From: a virus
Lineage: Duplodnaviria > Caudoviricetes
DNA: 50,655 nucleotides
IMG/VR virus record: IMGVR_UViG_3300008255_000016
Coordinates: 1 to 50,655 of that record
Reading direction: 5' to 3' (one strand)
The first letter of the stretch is position 1; the number at the start of each line of letters is the position of its first letter. The position numbers were made by a program, and so were the translations under genes. Below the pieces are notes generated by a model that was not told the DNA's origin, made no database searches, and saw only the letters and a program-made list of their open reading frames with translations. Below are positions 1-10,800 of this stretch, piece after piece.

Positions 1-123
1 CGGACCCATCGACGAGCTGGCGAAGAACGAGACGGGCGAGGTCGGTGTGGCGCTGTGGTCACAGCGGCGCGGCCAGTACCTCTGCGTGTTCGGCCCGCGC
101 GTGTACGCCTACCGCTACAGCCC
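1..123. repeat. Terminal direct repeat, copy 1 (circular assembly overlap)
   Basis: Bases 1-123 (cggacccatc...ctacagccc) are identical to 50533-50655 and lie inside a coding sequence. Confidence 0.97.
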
Positions 124-547
124 GAAGTCGAAGCGCATGGGTTGGACCACCTGGGAGCTGGAGACGGACATCGTCGCCATCGTCGAGCTGTTGGGCAAAA
201 CCTACATGCGCGGCGCGAACGACTGGCTCTACGTCATGGACCCGGACTATGACGACGGCTCCGAGTTCGAGCTGGTGCTGAACGACATCCACGGCAAGAA
301 CCCGTTCGTGAACAAGCGGGCCGACTTCCTCGAAGTGAACCAGGAAGGCACCTGCACGGTGCGCTGCTACCTCAAGCCTGACAGCACGGACTACTACATC
401 GACGGGCCGACGCTGCGTGGCTCAACCATGAACATCAACCGGGTGTTCCTCGGCGGGCTGTCGCGCACGTTCGGGTTCCGGTTCACAGGCAAGCGTCCGT
501 GGCGCTTCGCGGGCCTGCAACTGACCTACCACGACCTGGGATTCTGA
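2..547 (+). CDS. C-terminal part of the tail tubular B/nozzle-like protein that starts at 49193 and crosses the junction
   Basis: Same frame as 49193 once the 123-bp overlap is removed; beta-rich C-terminus (GWTTWEL...WRFAGLQLTYHDLGF); lies just upstream of the tail fibre. Confidence 0.75.
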   Translation, partial: GPIDELAKNETGEVGVALWSQRRGQYLCVFGPRVYAYRYSPKSKRMGWTTWELETDIVAIVELLGKTYMRGANDWLYVMDPDYDDGSEFELVLNDIHGKNPFVNKRADFLEVNQEGTCTVRCYLKPDSTDYYIDGPTLRGSTMNINRVFLGGLSRTFGFRFTGKRPWRFAGLQLTYHDLGF

Positions 548-548
548 C

Positions 549-2288
549 ATGAGCTACCCCCCTCCGTACCAGCGCCTTTTCAACTTCAACCGGGACAAGA
601 ACAACGGTCTGGAGTCCCCTGATGCGGCCAAGCTCGACGCCGAACTCGACACCATTCAGGTCGTCGTCGGCATGCTGCGTGACCGGGTCAAGGCGATCAC
701 CAGCGCCGATGGTCGCCTGCGGAACGTGGCTTCGCCCCTCGCCGCCGCTCTGGTTGGCACCTGGACCGACACGACAACCGGCGTTCTCGATTACACCACC
801 ACGATCCCCTGGCAGCCCGCGTTCTCCGTGAACTCGGTGCTGGTGATGATCGGCTCGACGGTGTACCGCCCGGGCCAGCTCGCCAGCGTGCAGGACGATG
901 GTGGCTTCCTCGAAGTGAGCTTCCCGGTAGCGACTGGTTCCGGTGACCCCATCGTCGTGTGGGCCTTCGAGCCGGGCGCGGGGCTGCTGACCCAGCTTGC
1001 CAGCACCGCCGCTGGCGACGGGGCCTCGCTCATCGGGATCGAAGATGCCCTGGGCATCCTCGATGCCACGAACGTCGAGGACGCCCTGGCCGAACTCGCT
1101 GCGGAGGCAGACGCTTTCGTCACCGCTGTTGGCGACCTCGATCTCTACTTCAAGGTTGATGGCTCACGCGCCGCGACCGCCGACTGGGACCTGAGTGGGT
1201 TCAAGATCACCAATGCCGCAGACGGCGTGGCTGACGGCGACTTCGTCACGGTGCGCCAGATCGCGGGATTCATTGCCACCTGGAGCGACCTCCAGCGGTT
1301 CTACATGAAGCGCGACGGCACGACGGCGATGGCCGGGCCGCTGAACTTCGGCAACAACAAGGGCTACAACCTCGCAGACCCGGATCTCAACCAGCCACTC
1401 GACGCGGTGAACGTGCGCTCGCTTCTGCGTGCGATCTCGGTCAGCGGCGCGGCTCCAGTGGGTGTGGTGCTGCCATTCGTCGGCAGCGTGCCGCCTGCGG
1501 CTGAGTGGCTGGTCTGTGACGGCTCGGCCTACTCAGACGCGGCCTACCCGATCCTGACCGGACTGCTTGGAGGAGCGTACAAGCCCCCCGGTCTGCCTGC
1601 GCAGGGCTGCATCACTACCAAGTTCCCGGCGCTGGTGAGCGGCGACATTACCGCAGGCGTCATCACCACGCTGCCGCCCGTCAACGTCGTCGGGCAGGGC
1701 TACGAGCACATCCCACAGATCGTGTGCGAGAACACGGACGGTGGCGCGGCACCGACTGCCCAGCCGACGTTCTCGGTCGTCCTGTCCACCCTGGTCACTG
1801 ACGGCCCGAACGCTTCGGGCGGCGAGCCGACGATCACCCTGGTCTCCGGCGGCACCGGCATCCGGGCGGGTGCGGTCATCAAGGTCAATCCGGTGCGCGC
1901 GGCTGACCCGACGCTGCCTGCGTTCGCCCAGCTCCCCGCAGGATACTTCCGCGTCCCCGATCTGCGCGGTCGTGTGGTCATTGGCGTCGGCACCGAGAGC
2001 AAGACTCCTGGCATCGTCAACCCGCCGTCGCAGTCCGCAGGCGACACCTACGACGCGACCACCCGCGCGGTGGGAGACATCGGTGGCGAGGAGAAGCACC
2101 GGCTCACCGAAGCTGAGCTGGCGCGTCACGACCACGGTGTCTACCCGAGCGGGCCAAGCCATCGGCAGCGTGATAGTGGTGCTGGGGCCTTCGCGGGGGA
2201 CGCCACGCCGGGCTACGCTGGCAACGACGAGGCCCACAACACCGTGCCGCCGTACCACGTCCTGAACTACATCATCAAGGCGAAGTAA
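549..2288 (+). CDS. Tail fibre protein with a phage tail-collar domain
   Basis: Collar motifs PVGVVLPFVG..WLVCDGSAY..YPIL, FRVPDLRGRVVIGVG, GGEEKHRLTEAEL..HDH and HNTVPPYHVLNYIIKAK; fibre-type repeats KITNAADG..D.VT and NLADP..DAVN. Confidence 0.85.
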   Translation: MSYPPPYQRLFNFNRDKNNGLESPDAAKLDAELDTIQVVVGMLRDRVKAITSADGRLRNVASPLAAALVGTWTDTTTGVLDYTTTIPWQPAFSVNSVLVMIGSTVYRPGQLASVQDDGGFLEVSFPVATGSGDPIVVWAFEPGAGLLTQLASTAAGDGASLIGIEDALGILDATNVEDALAELAAEADAFVTAVGDLDLYFKVDGSRAATADWDLSGFKITNAADGVADGDFVTVRQIAGFIATWSDLQRFYMKRDGTTAMAGPLNFGNNKGYNLADPDLNQPLDAVNVRSLLRAISVSGAAPVGVVLPFVGSVPPAAEWLVCDGSAYSDAAYPILTGLLGGAYKPPGLPAQGCITTKFPALVSGDITAGVITTLPPVNVVGQGYEHIPQIVCENTDGGAAPTAQPTFSVVLSTLVTDGPNASGGEPTITLVSGGTGIRAGAVIKVNPVRAADPTLPAFAQLPAGYFRVPDLRGRVVIGVGTESKTPGIVNPPSQSAGDTYDATTRAVGDIGGEEKHRLTEAELARHDHGVYPSGPSHRQRDSGAGAFAGDATPGYAGNDEAHNTVPPYHVLNYIIKAK

Positions 2289-2291
2289 GCC

Positions 2292-3287
2292 ATGGCATAC
2301 GACGACTATCGCTTCGCGCCGCAGGGCCAGCAGAACCCCTGGATGCTCCAGGGGTCGCCGCAGCAGTTCTACGCGCCGAGTTCGTCGGTGTGGGGGAACT
2401 CGCTCAAGGGCGACACGTTTGGCAGTGATCTGCTAGCCAAAGGGTTGATGACAAATCCGATCACGAGGCCACTCGGCATCGCGCGCGGAGCGTTCTTCGG
2501 CAACCAGAACAAGCGCAAGCAGGAGGACGCCAAGAACGCGCGCCGCAACGCGGTTGAGCAGTACCGCCTTGGTGAGATGGGTCGCCTCGGTGATCGCCTC
2601 GGTCAGCAGGGCGCGGACGTTCGGGCGGATCTTGAAGGCGAGCTGCGGAATGCCCTGTATGCGGGCGGCGACATGGGTGACCAGGACGCCATGCAGAACG
2701 CGATGACGCAGTTCCAGCAGCGGGCGCAGCAGTACCTCATGGGTCGCCAGCGAGCCGGACAGGCGCGGCAGGTAGACGCGATGTTCGCGGATCCGAACCG
2801 GGCTGCTGACCGCGCGCGGCGCATGGGTGCCGAGCGTGAGCAGGGCCTCGCAGGCATCGCGGAGCAGTACCGCATCGGTCAGCGCGACAATGCCTTCAAT
2901 CAGGCGCGGCGCGGCATGCAGGGCAGCTCAGTCGATGTCGAGAAGCAGGGCCAGCTCGGGCGCGGGCGCGACACCGCAGCGATGGGACTCCAGTCGGGCC
3001 TCGATCAGCGGGCACAGCAGTACCGCCTGGGCGACCAGCAGCAGCGCGCGGCGCTGATGGGTCTCATCTACGCCGATGACCCGAACACCGCTGCGGCATT
3101 CAGTCGCACCCTTGAGGGGATCGGCAACCAGGGCAAGCTGCTCCAGGAACAGCAAGCCGTGCAGAGCCAGCTCTCAGCTCAGCGCGGCGCAGCCGCGACG
3201 GGCTACTCGCAGGCGCTCGGCGGGGCGATGAGCGCGGCAAGCAAGCCGCTCGGGTATTACATCGAACACCGTGGAGCAGGAGCATAA
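2292..3287 (+). CDS. Putative internal virion/ejection protein
   Basis: 331 aa, Gln/Ala/Gly-rich and helical; sits after the tail genes in a podovirus-like order. Confidence 0.55.
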   Translation: MAYDDYRFAPQGQQNPWMLQGSPQQFYAPSSSVWGNSLKGDTFGSDLLAKGLMTNPITRPLGIARGAFFGNQNKRKQEDAKNARRNAVEQYRLGEMGRLGDRLGQQGADVRADLEGELRNALYAGGDMGDQDAMQNAMTQFQQRAQQYLMGRQRAGQARQVDAMFADPNRAADRARRMGAEREQGLAGIAEQYRIGQRDNAFNQARRGMQGSSVDVEKQGQLGRGRDTAAMGLQSGLDQRAQQYRLGDQQQRAALMGLIYADDPNTAAAFSRTLEGIGNQGKLLQEQQAVQSQLSAQRGAAATGYSQALGGAMSAASKPLGYYIEHRGAGA

Positions 3288-3288
3288 C

Positions 3289-4038
3289 ATGGACCCCCTC
3301 ACCATGGGAATCGGCGCGGGGATGATGGGCGTTGGCACCGCCATGAACCTCTATGGCACGCACCAGCGTGACAAGGCGACCAAGCGGGCGCTCAAGGACT
3401 ACCAGAACGCGGTCAACGCGAAGGCTGGGGAAGATCGCGCGGCGCTGGGCGAGGAGCAGGGCCTCCTGTACGGGCTGGCTGATGAGCGGCAGCGCGGCAT
3501 CGGTGGCTACCTCAACCAGCTCTCGATGGCTCAGCGTCCCGGCACCGACGACGGCTTCCGCCAGCGGCAGACCGGCATTCTGTCGGACATCGGGCGGCAG
3601 ACGCAGGGCATGGACTCCGCGTTCGCCTACGGTGGCCAGCCGCGCATCGACGCGGAGCGCATGCAGGGCGGGATCACCGCCGACCGCAATGCCAAGTTGG
3701 CCGAAGCCCTGATGGCCGACTACGAGACGCGCCAGATCGATGAGCGTGAGCGCGGGGCGCAGACCCGCCTGTCGCTCGGTGAGCTGCTGCGCAGCGGTAA
3801 GGGGAAGACGATGCAGGAGCGGTTCGCCCTCGCCCGCGCTCTGCGTGACCTCGACTGGCAGAAGAAAACCGCCGCGATGCAGAACAACCTCAACAGCGCC
3901 CAGCAGAAGGGCCAGTGGATGAACGTCCTCGGTGGCCTTGGCACCCAGGGCGGCGGCATGGCGATCACCGCTGGGCTGGCCAGCCCAGGCGCTCCTCCGG
4001 GTCCGACCGAGACCGGATCATACCTCGCAAACGCATAG
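3289..4038 (+). CDS. Putative internal virion/ejection protein (P22 gp7/T7 gp14-like position)
   Basis: ATG 3289 after AGGAG; Gly-rich hydrophobic N-terminus MDPLTMGIGAGMMGVG and Gly-rich C-terminus. Confidence 0.6.
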   Translation: MDPLTMGIGAGMMGVGTAMNLYGTHQRDKATKRALKDYQNAVNAKAGEDRAALGEEQGLLYGLADERQRGIGGYLNQLSMAQRPGTDDGFRQRQTGILSDIGRQTQGMDSAFAYGGQPRIDAERMQGGITADRNAKLAEALMADYETRQIDERERGAQTRLSLGELLRSGKGKTMQERFALARALRDLDWQKKTAAMQNNLNSAQQKGQWMNVLGGLGTQGGGMAITAGLASPGAPPGPTETGSYLANA

Positions 4039-4047
4039 GACCTGACC

Positions 4048-4851
4048 ATGGCACTTCGCTTCGACCCTGCTTCTATCCTCGCTCCGGGCGGCGTCATGTC
4101 GGGTCTCGATGACCTCGGCTCGGCGGTCATGAACGCGATGAACCGTCGCGCTGAGCGCAAGTACGCCTCCGAGGCGGCTGCGGCCAAAGCGGCAGCCGAG
4201 GAGTCACAGTTCGCCCGGGGCCTCGGCTCGCGGGAGAAGATCGCGGCTGAGGGGAACACGGCTGCGATGGAGCGCGTCAAGGCTGAGAACGCTGGCGCGT
4301 TCGGGCGCACCGCGCTCACACAGGGCCAGCAGTTCGCCAGCAAGCTGATTGGGGAAGGCAGTGATATTCTCCAGACCGGGATGCGCGTCGTCGGCGGCTG
4401 GGGCCGGAAGTCCGGGTCCGTCGATGGCAAGAACGAACTGGCTGCGGTGAAGGAACTCAACGACACCCTCGCGGATGCCGAGCGCATCGCTGTGGCCAAG
4501 TACAAGGACTACGTTCCGACCCTCCAGGAAATGTACACCACGACTGGAGCCGCTGCTGTCCAACAGAAGAAAGCCGCCATCGAGCAGGCGCGCAAGCAGG
4601 CCGTCGCAGACTACATGGCCCGGGCGGGGTACGCGGCATCACCTGATGGAAAGTACACCCCCCAACGTGCCACACAGATTCCGGTGACACCGGGTCTCAA
4701 GGTCGCAGGTGCGATGGGAACGCCCCCGGCTCCCGCTGGTGCTCCGGCTACTGATCCCGCGAAAGCCGAGGCGTGGTCGCGCGCGCAAAAGAACGGCTGG
4801 ACCCTGGAGCAGTTCGAGGCACGGTGGGCTGCGAAGCAGCAGGGGAAGTGA
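4048..4851 (+). CDS. Putative internal virion/ejection protein
   Basis: 267 aa, Ala-rich and helical; AGGA RBS; lies between ejection-type genes. Confidence 0.55.
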   Translation: MALRFDPASILAPGGVMSGLDDLGSAVMNAMNRRAERKYASEAAAAKAAAEESQFARGLGSREKIAAEGNTAAMERVKAENAGAFGRTALTQGQQFASKLIGEGSDILQTGMRVVGGWGRKSGSVDGKNELAAVKELNDTLADAERIAVAKYKDYVPTLQEMYTTTGAAAVQQKKAAIEQARKQAVADYMARAGYAASPDGKYTPQRATQIPVTPGLKVAGAMGTPPAPAGAPATDPAKAEAWSRAQKNGWTLEQFEARWAAKQQGK

Positions 4852-4854
4852 ACC

Positions 4855-7800
4855 ATGCCTGACGACTTCGACGCGCCGCCGGACGACTTCGATCAGCCGC
4901 CGGTCGCTACTGAACCCACACCAAAGCCCGCTCCCATCGACGATGGGATGGAGCCGCTGAACGGGTTCACATGGCGCAGTACCACCTCGCCGCGTCCGCG
5001 CCCCGGAGAAGACCCGCTCATGTGGGCGCGTGCGCGTGCCCGGCAGCAGCTTCACGACAATCGTCGCCTGTTGAAGCAGTCCCCACTCTCGGGCGATGCC
5101 GAGCGAGCGGTCGAGGATGAGCAGGCCGCGTACAATCTCGCAGCGTGGGTCACGGAGAACACGCAGCGGGAGCAAGAGCAGCGTGCGCGCGAGGAAGCGG
5201 CCCAGGCGGGTTTCGGCGGTCCGACTGCCCCGGGGCATTTCTCGTCTCACTTCGGTTCGGATCCTGTCGAACACCTGGAGATGGCGCATCAGGCGCTTGG
5301 CACGGGGAAGTCCACGAAGGATCAGCAGGGCAAGTGGCTCGCGGCGCTCAAGGGGGCCGTAGGCGCAGGCAAGGCTCCAATGGATCTGCTCGGGGGCCTC
5401 ATGGGGCCGTCGTCTCCAATCAGCGCCGCATCGCGGGAGAGCGAGCGCGGGATGGCAACGTGGAGCGATCAGTTCGCCCCACCCACGGAAGGCGAGCGGT
5501 ACGCGGAGATGGGTGGAGCCGTCGTTCCGTCTCTCATCCAGTCCGGCGGTGCCGGTGCGTTCGGTCGCTACGCCGGGCAGAGTCTTCTCACCAAGGCTGG
5601 GGTCCTCGGGCGTGGTGAACGTCTCGCCCAGGGGTTGGAGCCGTGGGCGATGCCTGCGGGCGTCGGCGCGTCGTCGATGGCCAACGAGATGTCACGGCTC
5701 GGTCAGGGTCCGGGCATCGATATGTTCTCCGAGGAGGGAGCAAAGCTCGCTGGTCAGTCCCTAGCCGAAGCCTTCGCCACTCGTCTCGGTGGGCGCTTCG
5801 AGCCGTTCGTGGATCGGTTCACGAAGCCCGGCCTGCGGAGCATTTTCCCGATCCTTGGTGAAGGTGGGGAAGGTGCGCTGGCCAGCGGCTTGCAGACCAC
5901 GATGACCACGGGGCAGACCCTCGCGGATGTTCCACGGTCCATGGTCGAAGGCGGCTTGTCCGAGATGGCTGGAGCGGGCTTCGCCCGGTCGGCGCAGGCT
6001 GGTATCGACCTCACCAACGCGGCGCAGAAGTCCTACCTCAACGCGCTCCGCATCCGGCAGGGCCTCGCTCCACTCCCGTCGTCTGAGGTCGAGGGGTCCG
6101 TGGCCCCTGCGCCGGTCAACGAGACAGCGCTTGCCGAGGTGCCTGGGGCGGATGTCTCCAACCAGATCGCAGACCAGCTCGCGGCGTTTGAGCAGGCCCA
6201 GGCGCTCGGCGTTCAGGTTCCTGGAAGCCGGTCGATCCTCAACCCGGCCACGCCGGACATGAGCAACGTCCCGGCCCTGCCCCCGACCCAGGCCGATCCC
6301 CTGTTCGGCGTCCTGCGGACCCGCAGTGGCAAGGGGGAAGGCGTCGGCGGGAAGCTCATCGAGTCGCAGCTTCCGCAGTCGGTGCTCGCTGCGCGCGAGG
6401 CCCAGGCACTCATCGACCAGCAGCCCACGCTCGCCGCTGATGCCCAGGAGCAGGATGTCGCTGCGCTGGCCCAGCAGGAGGCCCCCACGCCGGAGGGCGC
6501 GCAGTCCTATGAGCAGGCCATGCAGGAGTCCGTCGCCCGCCAGATGGACCTCGACAACGCTCCGGCCATCGAAGCCCAGCAGGCGGCGCAACGCGCCGCG
6601 CTGGCCGAGGAAGTCGCCCAGGATGAGGCCCGGATGCGGGCCGAGGCCGATGCGGCGGACATGGCTCGGCAGCAGGCCGAGATCGAAGCTGCCCGCGCCG
6701 AGGAGACCAAGGGCCGCAAGTTCGCGGAGGAGCTGGGGCTGACCAAGGGGAAGGCGGTCAAGCCGCCCCCCACCAGCACCACCCAGCCCGTTGAGATGGG
6801 CGTCCCCGCTGGGGAAGGCCCGGTTGACACGGATGTCGAGTCCGCACGCCGGATGGCGTACACGCTCGGGTTGACCCCTGGGAAGGCGGTCAAGCCGCCA
6901 CCCACCCAGGTCGCCCCCGAGACGGACCCGGACGCCGAACAGGCCCCCGCCGAGGACCCGCTAGACCGGGATCGCCGGATGGCCTACACCATGGGCCTGT
7001 CCCTGACGCCACCCAAGGCTGCGCCAAAGCCCAAAGCAGCCCCAAAGACGAAGGGCGAGGCCGCAGCGGCGGCGATGGCCCCGACGCCCGAGATCGCCCA
7101 GGAAACGACCCCGGAGGCTGCTCCAGAGGCCGAAGTCCAGGCTCTCAGTCAGGACCTCGCCACGGGGGAGACGGCCCCCGCCGACGAGGCAGCGGCAGTA
7201 GAGTCCGAACTGGCTCGTACCTTGGGTTGGGCCGATCCGGCAGCGGACACCCCACCTGTGTCCGAAGCTCCAGCTCCGGCTGTGTCTCCGGCCAAGGCCC
7301 CCGCTCCGGCAGTCGAGGAGGCAGGCGTGGCCCGCACGCCGACCACCATCGAGCCGACCAATGGGCCGACGCGCCGGGTCGCCATCGGCAACCGGCAGGA
7401 CATCGAAGTGTCCGACGCCCAGGACGATCAGGTCACGTTCACCCCCGAGAAGGGGAAGCCGCGCACCTATGGCGTGGGCCAGCTCCCCTCGGGTGAGTGG
7501 GTCCAGTGGGGGCATCACAAGGGCGGCGCGTCCCGGCGCGGCGTGCCAGATCGCGTGCTCGATGCCAACGGCAACCCGCTCGACACCTGGGAGGGTGCGC
7601 AGAACCGGATGGCCAAGTTCCCGGACAAGGCCGCTGCGCTGGCCGATCTCCAGGAGAAGTTCGGCGCTCCGGCTCCGAGCCTCGAAGCCGAGACGGCTGC
7701 CGAGCAGGAGCAGGCGCTCACCGTCGAGAACAACCTGCGTGGTCTGTTCCAGCGGTCGCGCACGCCATGGTCAGACGACCCGGAGGCCCGGCGTGCAGCC

Positions 7801-10800
7801 ATTGAAAGCAGCAAGACGCTCTCGATGGAGCAGGCCCAGGTCATGCTCGACCAGGAAGACACGCTCGCGGGCCTGCGCTCGCGCGTGCAGGAGAAGGGGC
7901 AGATCCAGGCCGCGACGGACGAGGCTCCGGTGGTCGAGACCCCGGAGACGCCGCGCGAGCCACGCACGCCGAAGGTCCTCAAAGAGTTCGGCATCGACCC
8001 GACCCTCCAGGGCCAGAAGCTCCTCGAAGCTGTCGAGGCGAAGATCGAAGCCGGTGAGATGACGGACGTGGATGCGGACCGGGTTGCCGCTGCAATGGCC
8101 GCAGACGCCAAGCCCGGCTCGTTCCTGTCCGGCAACAAGTCCCGGCGCGGCAGCGTCTCGTTCGGTGGCCCACCGAACCCGAACTCCCCTGTCAACAAGG
8201 TTCTCAAAGCGATTGAGGATCGGGCGGTCGCGGCGTGGAACACCCCGAAGGGACTGCGCCGGGCGATGGCTGAACTGGACGCGGAACGTGACGCGGCGCG
8301 GATGACCACGGATGTCCGCATCTCTGGCGAAGACCTCGCCTCGGCTGCGATGGCGTCGTTCGTCCTTCCGTCGCACCTCGCCAACACCCACACGGAGTTC
8401 GCCCCCGTCAAGGACGCGGCGACCGAGCGCACGCGCTCGATCCACGAGGATGTCGCCATCGCCGCACACGGCACCCCGGAGCTGATGGCCCTCCAGGGAC
8501 CAGAACGCGCGAAGGTCAACGCGGTGCTCGACCAGCAGCGGCGGGACGCGAAGGATTACACCGACGCGGAACTGGCTGAACGCGGACTCAACGACACGGA
8601 GATCCAGGCCGTTCACCAGCAGCGTGAGATGGTCAACGCGATCCGTGGGAACATCAAAGATGCTGCGTTCGAGCAGGCCGGGTTCGACCCCATGGACACC
8701 GCTGCGTTCAAGCAGAAGGCTGAGGAGATGGAGGCGGCGGGGGACCCGAAGGCCGCGTCCGCGATGGCGCTGGCCGAGGAGCTGGAAGCCATCGATGACA
8801 TGGCCAAGCCCGGGTACACGCCCTACCGCCGCCCCTCGGGCAAGTATGTGATCTACGCGAAGGACGCGGACGGGAAGACGATCTTCTCGACGCGCACCAA
8901 GAGCGCGAAGGAAGCGGTGAAGATCGCTGCCGAGGTGCGGGCCAAGTACGGCAACGCGGAGACTCCTCCGGCCCTGACGATCAGCGAGCAGAACGCTATC
9001 GACATGGCCTACCAGTTCGGCTCCACGCCCGCGCAGCTTGAGCGCATCGCCAAGCGGGCAGGCATGTCGGAGCGTGGGCTGGCTGAGCTGATGCAGCGCG
9101 TGGCCCCGAAGCTCGCCACCCGTGGAGCGCGCAGCAGCCTGCTGCACAGCGACGACATCCCTGGGTACGACACGGATCATGTGTCGTCGCTCCAGCGCAC
9201 CTACCTCGCTTCGGTGATGGCGCACCGCAACGCGCAGTTCCAGCGCGTCGTCGATACGCAGATGGAGGCGATGTCGAAGAACGGCAAGAGCCAGCTTGGG
9301 GACTACACCAAGAGCTACGCTTCCGAACAGCTCGACCCGGAGAGCAAGTCCGCGAACCTGATCCGGGCCGCGACGTTCTTCGGCACCTCAGCACTCAAGC
9401 CCGCGACCCTGCTCACCAACCTGACGCAGCCAGTCCTGTTCCATGCCCCGGAAATGATCGCTCTTGGTGCCTCGCCTGCGGTGTACCTCCGCACCAGCGC
9501 GGCGATGCTCAACAACCTGGGCGCGATCCCACGGGCCGCGTTCCACGCCGCCGCACAGAAGAACCTCGCAGCATGGAAGAAGTTCTCTCCCACGGAGGCG
9601 ATGATTCTCTCCTACGAGAAGCGTGCCCCGGAGTTCGGCAAGATCCTGCGGACGCTCTCGGATCGTGGTGAGCTGGGCGACAACATGATCGAGGCGTTCA
9701 GCGAGACGGGCAAGGGCAAGGGCCTTGCCTCCAGGATCGCTGCGGTCGCCTCGTCACCGTTCGCGGAGACGGAGCGCGTGAACCGCATGGCTTCGGCCAA
9801 GGTCGCTTACGACCTGTACAACCGGAACAAGAATGACCAGACGTGGTGGGCGAACGCGAAGAAACACGGCTACCGGGGACCGACCGAAGGCCCCAAAGCT
9901 GGGCAGACGTTCGTCGAGTTCGCCATCTCCCGCTCGAACTTCGAGTACGGCAAAGCGAACCGCCCACTCATCGGCGCGGGCAAGATCGGTGGCACAAACA
10001 TCAACATGCCCCCGGTCGGTGCGCTGCTCTACTCGATGAAGCACTTCCAGGTCAGCTCGCTGGGCACCGTGCTGCGGATGATCCGCAATCTGCCCCAGGG
10101 TGGGGAAGACCGCAGGGCTGCGATGGCCATGCTCACGGGCCTGCTCGCGGCTGGCGGCATCGCTGGTCTGCCGTTCGTGCAGCAGGGGTACAGCGTGATC
10201 CGTGAAATGGTCAACGCCGCAGGCGGGGACCTCAAAGGCTTCAACGAGGAAACCAACACCGCATTCAAGAACATCGAACAGTACACGGGCGAGTTCGGTG
10301 CGAACATCCTCAAGGGTGGTGCTGGCCGCGCACTCAAGCAGCCGGAACTGGAGAGCATCGGTCAGCGCACCGGACTCCAGAACATCGTACCCGAAGTGAC
10401 CTCCTGGCAGCAGATGGTTGGTGTCCCGGCCTCGGCGGTCACGCGACTGGTCAAGGATGTGGCCATCGCCAAGGACATGCTCACTGACAAGGGGTCCGAG
10501 GAGGCCAAGCAGATGCGCCCCGCGCAGGCGGTGGCCAACATCATCGACGATCTCGGCCTTCCGGTCGGCGCACTCTACCGTGCCAAGCGGCAGGCTGAGA
10601 CCGGAGACGTGATCGACCGCAGCGGACGGAAGGTCCACGGCACCACGATCAGCCCAGCCGGGACGGCGCTCGGGTTCCAGGACCCGTCGATGGCGGCGCA
10701 GCGTGAGATGCGTGAGTCCCAGCAGGAAGTCGGCAAGGCCAAGCTCGACCTCAAGGCAGGAGTCGTGCGCGATATCATGGAGAGTGCCAGCAGCGGAGAC

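Noticed and set aside
1-123. 123-bp terminal repeat as a biological direct terminal repeat
   Set aside because: It falls mid-gene in the nozzle ORF, so it is best explained as assembler overlap of a circular contig
549-2288. Diversity-generating retroelement or invertible tail-fibre system
   Set aside because: No reverse transcriptase, invertase or template/variable repeat pair detected by eye
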